Part shown: in pieces, positions 1 through 11,648 of the stretch
Layout of the letters: every line of letters begins with the position of its first letter
How positions within the stretch are numbered: position 1 is the first letter of the stretch
Assembly: GCA_977862235.1 (NCBI GenBank)
Contig: OZ374565.1
Span: 1,674,001 to 1,738,000, forward strand
Direction: 5' to 3'
Length of the DNA stretch: 64,000 nucleotides
From: Dudresnaya verticillata
Lineage: Eukaryota
Made by a program: the position numbers and the translations under genes
Notes under the pieces: model-generated
Databases searched by the model: none
What the model saw: the letters and a program-made list of their open reading frames with translations, nothing else
What the model was told of the DNA's origin: nothing

Positions 1-308
1 AGTTGTTCGGGAAGTTTCCACCTTTTGGTCGCTCGGACGCTCCGCGCCTGCAGGGGTCGCCCAGTACAGGCCCGGACATCGTACGATAAGTACTCTACGA
101 AACACCGGGTCGCAACCTCTATACTTTCCTTCAGTCGGTCGCGCCGAGTCTTTACCGTGCTTCCGCAACCCCCCCTTTCGGGTCACCAGGGCCCGCCTTT
201 TCCAAGCCTCTACCAATCCTCCCTCGAGCTACCACCAATTAGCATGTGACATCGGACAGCTGTCTTTTCTTGTTCTTTGCTGTTTCTGGCCGCTGCCATA
301 CTGTTACA
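1..308 (+). repeat. 3' part of a Gypsy-type LTR (truncated by window start)
   Basis: Patchy similarity to LTRs at 26508-27129 and 55632-56298 (GAGCTACC, GGACAG(C/T)T, GCCAT..TACA end); ends ...CTGTTACA at 308. Confidence 0.45.
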
Positions 309-616
309 CGGTGTCCGCCCCCCTCTAGACGCGACCATCGATCATTACCCATTCCACTAAAGGACCCACACCATCCCATATGGTAGCATCAAACTGAGGC
401 AAGACTCTCCTGTCTCTCAGCTGCGCTGTTCAAAGCTTTCTAGAGTGTACGGATCAACCCTGCTAGAAGACTTTCGCAAGGAGCCCGTCGACCCGTCCGA
501 TATTCTCGGTTTCGTGCACCTGTTGACATCGTCCAACGCGCGATAATTCCCCGACAAGATCCATAATCGTCAGCACTCGTTTCCGAAACTTCAAGTGCTA
601 ACACCAACCCATCAAC

Positions 617-2053
617 ATGACTGATCCCACTCCGCTCCCGCTGAGCAATGCATCTACCCCTTCAGTCGCTGAATCTTTCAACTCAGAGGCTGAACTCATT
701 TGGCAGCTATTGGACCGTGAAAGTGTCCTCCCGGACTTAGTCTCGTACTGGAAAGGTAATAACGCGGTTTCTCTCCGCGAACAGATAATTCCGCCGCATG
801 ATCCTTCCTCCGGTCCGATGCCTTTTGGATTTGCTTACTTCATTCTCAAGGACCTATACACGCCTCATGCCTCCCGAACGTAGAGCAAGCCGTGTATCGA
901 AGTGCATATCGAAGGGTTCCCTCAAAGACTACCACCAGACTTCGGAATCGATTCTTCACCCGTTCCGGATTTTCTACTGCAATCGGCAACGTACCGGTAC
1001 TCTTCGCAAGAAAACATTACAATGTATTCATGATGAATGGATATGACCTGTACCGAGACTCTGACGATAAACCTATACATGGCTGTAGTATAGCTGTCAG
1101 CACACTATCAGCATCGGCTGTAAGGTATGCTGGCAGCGCCGCACTGCAATGGTGCACACGATGACGCCCGCTGGCAAGTCGTGGTTGGGCAGCGTGCCCT
1201 TAGTTTTTTCGTTGAATTAGTAGCGGTCGACCGCATTGCTGCCGGCAGCGGCCGCGGGCCGTGCCGCACACGGCTCGCCCCTGTGACGCTCTCCGGCATC
1301 GAGCCGTTGAGAGGGCCGCTGCCCGTTACGCCCCGCGCGCGCCCACGGGTAACCGTTACCCGGACGTGTCGACACGTGTATGGGCGCGCGCTCGCACACC
1401 TCCCGCGTTGGTGTTGTGGGGCGCACCTACTGTAGAAGTAGTCGTAGTGCACATAGTGTAGGGTATTTAAGACCGTCGGCCATCGACGGCTCAGTAAACC
1501 GGGCAAGCAACAGCTCGCGCTGAAGCTTGCCCCCAGCCTTTTCGGGTTCGATCCCTTTTCCTTACGCCAGCGGGCGGTTTCCCTTTTCCCCTTGCCTCGC
1601 TAGGCTTCCCCCTTTCCTTTTCCTTTCCGTCGGCTTCGTGCCGCCCTTCAACAGGGACGCTGGGATCCGGCCGCTGCCTACCAGCGTACGGTACGCCCCG
1701 TTCGCGCTCCGGCATCGACGCCGTCGATCCGCACCTGCGGGGCGCACGCGGCCGACACCGCTCTACCAACCCCAACAGCTAACCATCGGCGGTTCTGTGT
1801 GGCGGCTTCGGACCAGCATGTATCAGACGTCGGATCGACCCGACGTCTATACTACAATGGCGACGAAGACATTGTCGATTGTGATATAGTGAAAACCCGC
1901 GAACTCCGCAACGGACAGCTGGCCTGACTTTCCTGTGTTGTAAACGCGTTTGATGACAAACTGCACCTCCGGACCGTTCGTAGTCCGGTAGGTAGCCGCT
2001 GGAAGCGGATAGGTGTGGTAGAGATAAGGGAACTCGCCGAAGGCAGACTTTAA
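617..2053 (+). pseudogene. Degenerate ORF of unknown function, split by solo LTR
   Basis: ORF 617-883 plus downstream frames; reading resumes across the excised solo LTR (…DDKPIHG|DEDIVD…); internal stops; no recognisable motif. Confidence 0.3.
1084..1856 (+). mobile_element. Solo LTR (family B)
   Basis: Perfect 10-bp inverted ends TGTAGTATAG…CTATACTACA; 5-bp TSD ATGGC on both sides; homologous to 7713-8652. Confidence 0.92.
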
Positions 2054-2059
2054 ACGCCC

Positions 2060-2680
2060 TGGGCGGTAAAAGGAAAACAACAGAACAAAAGGGGAAAGTG
2101 AAGGCAGACAGAAACACGTCATGGACGCAGTACGGACGCGGAAGCGCGATAGGGCAGACGCTTGGGCCTAATGGCTAGCGAGGAGGTACGCGTAGCGCGA
2201 GAAGGGTAGTCTGGACCAAGGCCGGCTTTCCGGGAGTTTACCTCAACGTCTGGGACGGATCAACTAAGTATTGAACTACCTAGCGGCGGCGGTGTGTGCG
2301 CGCGCGCCGCGCTGTAACTCGAGACACGTGTTGTCCCGAGGCGCGTCTGACAAGTTCCTTTCGTCATGCAGCCGCGCGTCTGACAGATCACGCGTAGTTC
2401 GCCGCTTGAGTCCTTACAAGTACACGTGGATGTACTTCCTTACAGCCGCACGCGTCCTGTAGAGCGTGCGATCTCGATCCGTACCAATCCCGATCCAATC
2501 CGGATTTGGGCCAGCCATGCGGATGCGCCAGGGTTACAGGCGCGTGCCTTACAATTCTTGATCCCGATGTCTGATCTCGATGCGGAATCCCGATTGAATC
2601 CGGATCCGGGCCACGCTTACAGCGAACGTTCCCGCCACTGTGCCATGCGCGCACGCGTGGCGCCGTACAGTGCTTCGGAG
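2060..2680 (-). repeat. Probable LTR fragment abutting truncated Gypsy-1 pol
   Basis: Repeated CTTACA(G) and CACGTG motifs, the reverse complement of those in the other LTRs; no termini or TSD found. Confidence 0.3.
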
Positions 2681-2682
2681 TC

Positions 2683-5600
2683 GGAAGGGGTCATAGAGCC
2701 AGCGCGCTCTGAGTTCGCAAGTCCAGTGGTACTGGTGAAGAAGCCAGACGGACCCCTCCGTTTCTGTCTTGATTCCAGAAAGCTCAACGCGATAACCATC
2801 AAGGATTCTTACCCTCTCCCGCCAATGGACGAGTGCTTAGACTCGTTGGGCGACGCCCAGTATTTTACAACCCTTGATTGAAATTCGGGGTACTGGCAGA
2901 TACCAGTCGCGGCGTAGGATAAGCCAAAGATCGCTTTTACCTGTCATGCAGGTTGCTTTCAGTTCTGCCGAATGCCATTCGGTACGTGCAACGCACCCGC
3001 AACGTTTCAAAGAACAGTTGGCATTTTTATCGGTATTCCGATGGAAGTCTTGTCTAGTCTGCTTAGACGACATCAAAGTCTTTTCTACGAGTGTAAACGA
3101 ACACCTAGGTCACGTTTAAGATATCCTCTCTGTTTTGAAGAAGGCGGGTGTTTCGCTCAAGTTGAAGAAGTGTAATTTCTTCGCAAAAAGCGTGGACTAC
3201 CTTGGACACGTGATCCGACCTGGTCTCCTGGAGGTAGCTACCAAGAATACACAAGCCATCGAAGGCTTCAAGGAACCTACGACGCAAACGCAACTACTAG
3301 CCAATCAACTTCGTTGATTGGGCTATGCAACGTCTATAGACGTTTTGTACCGAACTTTGTACGCGTAGCGTCTCCGCTTATTAGGCTCTTACAGAAGGAC
3401 GTTTGTTTCGAATTTCCCCCATTCGATGAACGGCAACGCGAAGCTTTCGCTTTACTGAAGAAGGCCCTCATCGCGCCGCTGATACTCCGCCTTCCTAAGG
3501 AAGACAGACCCCTCTCGGTCGATACCGACGCGTGTGACTACCGAATAGGGTGCGCCCTAATGCAAATGGAACCTGACGGGACTCGACACCCTATTGGCTT
3601 TGGAAGTCGGGGCCTCACACCAGCAGAATGGAACTACTCCGTCGGCGAGAAGGAATGCCTCGCTGTAGTGTGGGCTATACAAATGCGCAGACCATATCTG
3701 GAAAGGTCTCATTTCGGCCTCTACACCGACCACCGCGATCTGAAATGGATGATGAGCATGACGGACAAGTCCGGACGTCTAGCGCGATGGCGTTTGCGTC
3801 TCTTAAAGTATGACTTCACGGTTCAATACCGTAAGGGAAAGAAAAATCAGATTGCTAACGCCGTCTCACGTTTACCTACCTATGGGTTTACTAAGTGGGA
3901 ACCGGATCTTGAGATCCCCTGCTTCATAATCGCTGATAGCTATAGAGAAGATCCACCTGAGCCTTCGGCGAAGGAAGAATCGCGAGTCAACACCAGGTCG
4001 CGACCTTTGGAAGAATGGGAGATGGAACCCGAAGATATTTCGTTCGAGTCGGGTCTCTAGGACGAGCAATTGATAGCCAACGTGGCTGAGAAGGAAGTGG
4101 ACGAGAAGAGTCTTTCCCTCCTCACAATAGAGGAACTCTTTCGCGCCCAACGAACAGATGAACTCTGTAAGGGTATCAAATTAGCCATCGAAGCGGGAAA
4201 ACCGGGATGCTATCTGGAGGACGAACGCGGACTTCTAGTCCGAAGGTCTTACATTGACCGGGCTTTACAGGTAATCATACCTAGAGTTCTTCAGGGGAGA
4301 GTCCTACATCTTGCACACTACCCGGATATGGCTGGCCATCCTAGTGGCACACGGATATACCACAACTTGAGAAAGCAAGTGTATTGGCCAGACATGACCC
4401 TTGTCGTTTACTCGACAGTGCGTAACTGTGTCAAGTGCGCGATGGAACGAGTCCAGTTGAGAAAACATACTTCGCACATGAAGTTGTTTCCGGCTACTAT
4501 GCCGCTCGAATTCCTAGGAATTTATATCTTGGGCCCGCTGCCGCGACCAAGCAAAGGGAACGAGTATCTTCTCGTCATCACCGATCGTTTCTCGAAATTC
4601 ACACGGGTAGTCCCGTTGAAGACGGTAACGGCTTATACGGTAGGGACAGCATTCTGAGAACAATGGGTGTATATCTACGGGCCACCCCATTACGTCTTGT
4701 CTGACAATGTATTGAAGTTTGCTTCCAAGTTCTTTATTGCCTTCTCTGGAATCCTTCGTATTCGGAATATGTTCACTTCTACATATCATCCGCAGACCAA
4801 CGGTCAGACCGAAAGGTTCAACCGCACCCTTCTAGCAGGGTTGAGAGACTTCATCGCAGATGATGAAAAGGAAAGGGACGAGTTCACGTCGGCACTGACG
4901 TATGAATATAATACGACCGTTCATCGCGCTACGGGATTTGCGCCCGTTGATTTCGTTCTATCCAACCCACCTACTTCCATCCTAATGGAGCAAGCTGAAA
5001 CGGTCGACGTGGCTAACGTACCTGCGACGAATGCCCAGAAGCGGTTGACAGCTAGACTTGAGAAGTTGATGGATACAGCATTGCCTCGGTTAAAATTAGC
5101 GCAACGTCGCTACGGGGCTAACTTCAACAACCGCATGCGTCTGAGAAATCAGAAGATAGGCCCGGGACAATGGGTCTTTCTCGAAAGAGAAACTCAGATG
5201 AAAGACTCTAGAGCCGTAGCGCGAGAAGGAAAACTTTCCCAAAGGCTCTGGGGCCTTATAAGGTCCTCAAGAGAGGAACGCACACAGTCGTGCTTGAAGT
5301 CAAGGGCGAGCGAGAGTCGATCTCGTTGGACCGCGTGACCTTGGCGCCCTCGCCAGACGAAGAGCTCGGGGCTCTAGGACAGGACTCCAGGATAGTTGGT
5401 GAAGCACCAGAAGCCGGGGACCATATATAACCACCTTCTGGGCCAGAGCCCACCGTTAACGAGGCAACCCCAACTGAAGGGGCGTCAAGAACTGAAGATG
5501 AGAAATGCTGAAGAGAGGCCGTGCGATCCGCAAACGCGACGACTGTTCTCCCTCCATTATTGGGAAACACTGACAATATAGATAACATCGTGGGCCCGGT

Positions 5601-6023
5601 TTCTCCTAACACCCCCCTACAGAAGCACCTGTTGCCCTATCGCAAGGCGGTAACGCCCCACAACTCTTACAGGCGTCAAGTCCGCCTGCCGCTCAGACGG
5701 CAACGCCGATGATTGAGGATAATGTGACGGCGCCTCGCCGTAAGGTTTCCCGCTGTAAGAAAGCACCCCCGCGCGACTTCTTGTATGACAAAATCGTCGA
5801 CTATGACGCCGATACCCATACGTACCGTATTCGGTGGTTCCAATGCCCAGCGTCGCAAGACACCTGGGAGCCAAGGGATCATCTCCCTGGAAATTTAGTC
5901 AAACGATACCACTGTTCAAAGAAGATCCCCCTTCCAGGAGCAGCAGCCAACTCACTAGCTGAGTTAATAAGCAAAGACGTGGAGTGGAAAATCGTCCAAG
6001 GAGAACAGTGCCCACAGCAATGA
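2683..6023 (+). pseudogene. Gypsy-1 pol remnant: RT, RNase H, integrase, chromodomain
   Basis: SPVVLVKKPDG, CLDD (for YLDD), DTDACD…EKECLAVVWA, HPQTNGQTERFN, YRIRWFQCPASQDTWEP; many frameshifts and stops. Confidence 0.95.
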
Positions 6024-6100
6024 TCATCGACTATTAGGCGAGGTGGGTTGAGACGTGGAGAACGTACGATAATGTATAGAAGGTTAAGTCCTTGGAAAAG

Positions 6101-6195
6101 AGATGTGGATAGATGAATGTATATTCAAGATATGGATAGATGACATGGATAGATGTGGATAGATGTACAGAAGGTTCAAGACCTAGAATAGATGA
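6101..6195. repeat. Degenerate tandem TGGATAGATG repeat
   Basis: About four copies of (A/G)TGGATAGATG visible downstream of pol. Confidence 0.6.
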
Positions 6196-7188
6196 GATCA
6201 AGGGAAATCTGGACGTGGGTAGAAACCTGCAATAATAAGACTTGAGCTAACGCTCAAATGTATAGAAAACAATACTACCCCCGGTAGGAAGGAAGCCTTA
6301 CACCTATATGGCAATTCCGTCATGAGGTTATGCTCCAGCCACTTATGGGATTGAAACCCAGAAGTGAAGATCTGCCCTCATATTGGACATATCCACCACT
6401 GTACTAACCGTAATGGGAATCCACAAGACTACACTCGTCTGCCCTAGCAGAGTTTTTATAACTTCGTCGCCATTACAAGGCCGTCGTGGGCGAGTCTCAC
6501 TACCATGGAGAAGTCGCTTCACCATGACGGTGACCTGCCAGCAGCAGATGTGGAACACACACACCCGCGTCGACGACGACTAGGAGATATTAACAACCCT
6601 CTCCGAACGAAAGGACGGTGTGTTGCTCCAAGGGCCATAGAGGCGGAATAACCTGCGAATCAGCTATGGCTGAAGAGCCCCCGCATCGGTTGGCGCCAAA
6701 AAGCGCGCAACTCTACAGTACATTTTTAGTCAACTGTAGAGTCGCCTCTATCATTGCTGGCATTAATTGATTGGGCCAAGCGCCAAGGGAGGCGGATTGA
6801 CTAACGAATCACAATAGTTTGGCACCACAAGCTACAGGGCACTGCCCCTACACCCCCGGCTCTAGCTACCAACTCCCCTGAGGAGTATGCCGCGCAAGTG
6901 CACGCAACCCCCTCTCAGAGTGTGAAAGACATAGAAAAGAAGAGGAGCGACGGTCCTGACATGAAGGCAGTCACTCGACGAAAGTCGATGGGGGCTCCCT
7001 CGGCGTCTAGTCGAGGATGCGTGTTAGTGGGGGCCACCTCAGTCGTTGGCTCTACTCTTGGGAATCGGCTGTACCGAAGTGACGCGATCAACAACAAGTC
7101 ACTTTCCTTCAACGGATAAGCCGCTCTTGCCCAAGTGTGGCGAATTACGTTGGCTAGCGAGCCATTACTCGAAGAATGATAACTTCGG

Positions 7189-8951
7189 CTAGTCCGATAA
7201 CAGGTCAATAACTTCATCCTCACCCAACGGAGGATTCGGCTGGGGTGCCGAGTGAGACACGACGACACGTCGCTCCTCGCGCACGACGTGACGACTTCCC
7301 CCTCCGCGACGCAGACCACGACCACGCCGACCCCCCTCTAACTCGCCTAACGCACGGCGACTTCCCGTTGGCTGGTCCACCTCCATGGCATCAACGCCAT
7401 TAGTCTGGCTACCCTGTACGAGTGGGGCCACTTCGTCTTCTTCCTTAACGAAGAGCTCAGTCTTCACGACGACGTCATGTTGCGCGGCTACGTTAGACTC
7501 TCCAGCAGTGGGCGAAGGCCCAGTCGATATATCCGCAGGATTCACGCCCTCTTGGCCGATACCGCTTGGTTGAACAACCAGGGAGTCGCCCTGAGAACGG
7601 CTAGCATCGGGCTGACCCCGAGAATCATCTCGGGGAGAGATCGTGTTAAGCAACTCGCCAGTGGCAATGAAGCAAGCCAGACATTTGCGTCGTAGGAGCA
7701 GCCGGCGCCATCTGTGGCATAGCTGCAAGACCAGCTGTGCCACGCACGCGCAGCTGTAAGACCAGCTGCGCCACGTGTGCACTGCTGTGCGCACGCTGTC
7801 AGCCGGTGGCGCCGAAGCCCCGCTGAACTGTAAGGAAGTGCGCAGTGGCGAGCGCAGCTGTAAGACCAGCTGCGCCACGTGTGCACTGCTGTGCGCACGC
7901 TGTCAGCTGGTGGCGCCGAAGCCCCGCTAAACTGTAAGGAAGTGCGCAGTGGCGCCCACGTGTGCAAGCGTTCGCGTGTGACACTGAAACTCCCATGTAA
8001 TTTCTACGTTTATTGCTTTGTAGTGTACAGCACCGTCTAGTGTAAGCGGCGGTCGAACGCCCTGCTGTCCTGCGCGCTGTGCGCACGCACTCCGGCGCAG
8101 AGCCGTTGAGTGCGTGACACGCGCGCGCGCACTCCAGCGTCGAGCCGTTGAGTACGTGTGGACCGTTCCGCGTACGAGCGCCCCCGGGTTACCGTTACCC
8201 GTACGCGTCGACGCGTGTTGGGGCGCGCCGGCGCACCTCCCGGGTTGGTGCCGCCGCAGGCCCTGTAGTATATCTAGTAGTCGCCCCTCTGGGGTTCAGT
8301 AAACCAGAAAAGCCAGCCTACGCCGGGCTTGCCCTTTCTGCTTTGGGTTTCTTTCCCAGTCCTTCGCCCTACGGCTTCCCTCTTTCGCTAGCCGTCTAGG
8401 CTTTCCTTTTCCTTTCCCTACCGTCGTCTTCGTGCCGCCCCACGACGGGGACGCAGGGATCCGGCCGCTGCCGCCCGCGTACGGTACGCCCCGTGCGCGC
8501 TCAGGCTTCGACGCCGTTGATCCGCGACCGTCGACGGCGCGCGCGGCCGACACCACCGCTCTACCACCACAGCTACCACCCTTCGACGGGTCTGGGTGCG
8601 ACTGATCGACCAGCGCAGCTAGACGTCAGTTCGACCTGACGTCTATGCCACACCATCGTCGATGATGAGACGCCAGCTGTATTGATCGGCTTGGGAGCCG
8701 AGCGGGATATGGTCGCTCCATGACTGGCCGAAGGTGCCACAACTGACTCTTCACGAGGAATCACCGAGATGTCACTACCTGTCATAGCATGCAGATCCAA
8801 ACCCTCGACCTTACCCGATTGCTTCTTAATTCGTGGCGTCGCTGAATGGCCGAAGCACAAACGCGGTTTGATGTCAACATCATTGGGGTATCCCTTCAAG
8901 GGCGGAAACCTTGACAAGTGGGCACGGAGCTTCTCCAAACGCTCCACAGGA
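7189..8951 (-). pseudogene. 3' part of Gypsy-1 antisense extra ORF (split by solo LTR)
   Basis: ORF 8573-8956 (PVERLEKL…SRFPPLKGYP) and the host part of 7189-7878 (low complexity, ends VIDLLSD); joins the 24290-25755 segment in frame when the 15-kb insert is removed. Confidence 0.6.
7713..8652 (+). mobile_element. Solo LTR (family B) with internal ~104-bp tandem duplication
   Basis: Ends TGTGGCATAG…CTATGCCACA; TSD CCATC on both sides; duplicated unit at about 7750-7955. Confidence 0.92.
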
Positions 8952-9275
8952 AACACAGGTTCCCCGCGTTTCAGAATGTACTTTCAAAAACAGACTGAAA
9001 TAAAACCCTTCCAAATTACATGCGTTGGAAAGGGGAGCGTCCCCTGAGCACGCTGGTGCAAACAGAGTAGAGAACTAAGTAGTAGTTCGCGAGTTATGTC
9101 GGTTGGCGTGCTCACCCGGCAGTGAGTCTGAAATAATAAATTTTGGTGTAATTTCTGAGATTTTTAATTCGGATTTTGAGGTAACCTAGGCTACTTCCGT
9201 GGGCCCCTCACCGCGCAGTATTCGCTGCCCCAACAGTGCAGAACTACTCGTCAGTTCAATGCCGCTCTCCCGATG
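8952..9275 (+). repeat. Left TIR
   Basis: AACACAGGTTCCCCGCGTTTCAGAATGTACTTT… is the reverse complement of 23967-24289; roughly 90% identical in the core by eye. Confidence 0.9.
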
Positions 9276-9980
9276 AGATGCAGAGTACTGCAGCACTGCC
9301 ATGAATTCCCTTCCCGGACTCAATCCGGTGCAACTTCGGGCATTCGTCACCCGGCAACTCCACGCCACATTCTCTACTGCCATGCACTCTCTGCTCTTCC
9401 CTCGGCGTCAGGACTTGCTCTGCGCATTCGCACTCGCCCGCTACACTCTCCCTCCTCACCGACATATCGATTCGTTGTCCTTAGCGACAACCAAAAACCC
9501 CACCCAGGTATTGTAATCCCTGTTTCACCAACGTTACAGCATGTGCTGCACAGGGCGACGGCATTCATGTAGCGCTCTTCCCAGTGTATACCGTCCTCTC
9601 CGTCGACCTACTCCATGTGGATTGGACTGGGTTCTGGTACTGAATTTTGTCCCACATTGCCGGGAATTCGCCGTGGTAATAAGTTAGACCTCGTTCCCCG
9701 CTCCGAACACCTCGTACTTCACCCGTGCAGTTCCCTACAGATGTAGAGAGCTGCAGCTCGCCAGACACCCCAGTCAAAACCACAAACGCCCATTTCTAGT
9801 CATGCACTTGAACCAACTTCGAAAGTGCACTCAAAGCCGTCTCCCGTAGTAGTCCACACCACGATTCCTTACTTGCGCCCGTTCCCCTCTTCAAGCGCCT
9901 CAGCATGATAAACATACCAAACCGCTCCCGTACTCACTTTATCTGTAACTAAAACCCCTCAACTACCTTTACCCTAAACC

Positions 9981-10250
9981 TCAGTCCGCTTCAAACTCCG
10001 GGTCTTCTTCATCGACCTCCACCACCCACCACCCTAAGAAGACTAGTATTCCCTCCAGCACCACCTTCACCGCCTCCCCAACTGCGACATCATCCGCAAT
10101 CATGACCTGTGCCCGCTCCATCAAGTCCAGACGAAGCCATATGGCGTCACTGGTATGCCGCCTGGCTCGCGCCAGAGCTTCTTCTAGCTCGGCGCGCAGT
10201 CTCCGCACCTCCAGCACCAACGCTTCCGGTGCTTCATCGCAACTCTCCAT
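9981..10250 (-). CDS. Small coiled-coil protein with acidic tail (transposon cargo)
   Basis: ATG start; TATAAAA on minus strand at 10296-10302; EVRRLRAE…T.DA..LRLD motif shared with 14631-15017. Confidence 0.5.
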   Translation of the reverse strand: MESCDEAPEALVLEVRRLRAELEEALARARRHTSDAIWLRLDLMERAQVMIADDVAVGEAVKVVLEGILVFLGWWVVEVDEEDPEFEAD

Positions 10251-10432
10251 CTAAGTCGTCTCCACCAACCCTCAAACCGACACTGTACCACTCCCTTTTA
10301 TAGACGGAACCGGGCACCATTCTGAAGTTTAGTTGACCTTGTTTACACCACCTCTCCACATCTTTTCCCTATTGCGACACCGCTGCAACGTCGGGAATCG
10401 TTAGCATGCAAACCGTTCTTGCTGCGTAGTTG

Positions 10433-11059
10433 TTATTCTTTTAGCGGACGCGGCGAATCCCAATCGATGGGCGTACTTGGTGGAGGAACGTTCACAATGT
10501 TCATCCCTGCGATTTTGCGCTTCTCTTCATGGACTTTGCGAACTGCTGTCTCATACTGCCGACGTTCTTGTGCTGACAAGTTATCCATGTCTATAATCAG
10601 AGGGTTGGGAGCCATCTCACGCGGGTTCTGCATTCCTCTCTCCCTTGCATCCCTGAGGAAGTTACTCAATGCGAAATCTTGCCCGCGCCCTGCCACACTG
10701 TATTGACCTTCTTTCCCTATTACATCTGTCATGAAACTCTTGAAGACCGACCTGTCAAAGAGCTTGATGCCCAGAGTTTCTAGACCGATTATTTCCTTCC
10801 CTGCGCTGCTGAAGTATATCAATATACTCTCCAATCTAGCCACTCCGATCCGTTTCACGATGTCCTTCGCACACTCCCCGTCCTTGCACAAGTCGGCTAC
10901 AGTCAGGGACTCCATTTTCTGGCCCACTTCCACCATATCAAATGTTACGTCCCGCAGCTCTGTCAGACATTGACGGTGTGCAGACGGGTTTCTGTGCTCC
11001 ATTCTGTTCTGTTCGACAGTGCCATTCATGTGCCATGCACGATTCAAGTTCAATGGCAT
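10433..11059 (-). CDS. Hypothetical 208-aa protein (transposon cargo)
   Basis: Uninterrupted ORF with globular-like composition; divergent from the MTase gene; TATATA near 11233-11238. Confidence 0.5.
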   Translation of the reverse strand: MPLNLNRAWHMNGTVEQNRMEHRNPSAHRQCLTELRDVTFDMVEVGQKMESLTVADLCKDGECAKDIVKRIGVARLESILIYFSSAGKEIIGLETLGIKLFDRSVFKSFMTDVIGKEGQYSVAGRGQDFALSNFLRDARERGMQNPREMAPNPLIIDMDNLSAQERRQYETAVRKVHEEKRKIAGMNIVNVPPPSTPIDWDSPRPLKE

Positions 11060-11648
11060 GCAGTCCTGAGTAACTGAGCGTGAGCCACTTCCGAGACTCG
11101 GTGAGGGGTGCTTCCTGTTGCAGTAGTCATCTCAACATCGCGGTGGCGGGCTTCGGTCTTCATTATTGCTTCGTGCCGTAACTGTCGTGAGAGATGTCTT
11201 ACAGGATATATCGTTCCCGCTTCTCTCCACAATATATAAGGGAGAGAGACCGAACTAATCACAAGAACCTGGGATTCGGATTGCCCACGTATTACTTGGC
11301 ACGCGTATTAGCACACGTTGTTGTCCTACCCAAATTTGATTGACGAGAATCAGAATCTCCCGTTTACCACCGTTTCGGTTGCACTCAAACTGTACGGTCG
11401 TCCCCAGGGCAGTTACATAACGTAAAGACACGTATCTTTATTCCGTCGTTGAAAGATGGCACACAGGATCTCCATGCGATATATAGTGTGATGTCTGTCT
11501 CCAAGGCTGAGACTATAGCGGTAGTCTGTGCGGTCACCGCGGGAAAGCTCACTTGCCATCTTGCACACCCCTTCCGGGGTTTGACTAAGTTCTTGAATTC
11601 GCTCTACAATCCTTCACGACCATCTAGGTGATCACCTTCATATTCGGA

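Noticed and set aside
7542..8556. ORFs with repeated peptides (PLRTSLQFSGASAPPADSVRTAVHTW x2)
   Set aside because: Artefact of the tandem duplication inside a GC-rich solo LTR
8769..9047. Apparent protein homology RFRMYF / RYRMYF with ORF 24239-24664, suggesting two opposed retroelement copies
   Set aside because: The match falls inside the TIRs and DNA similarity stops at 8952/24289; it is better explained as read-through into the TIR
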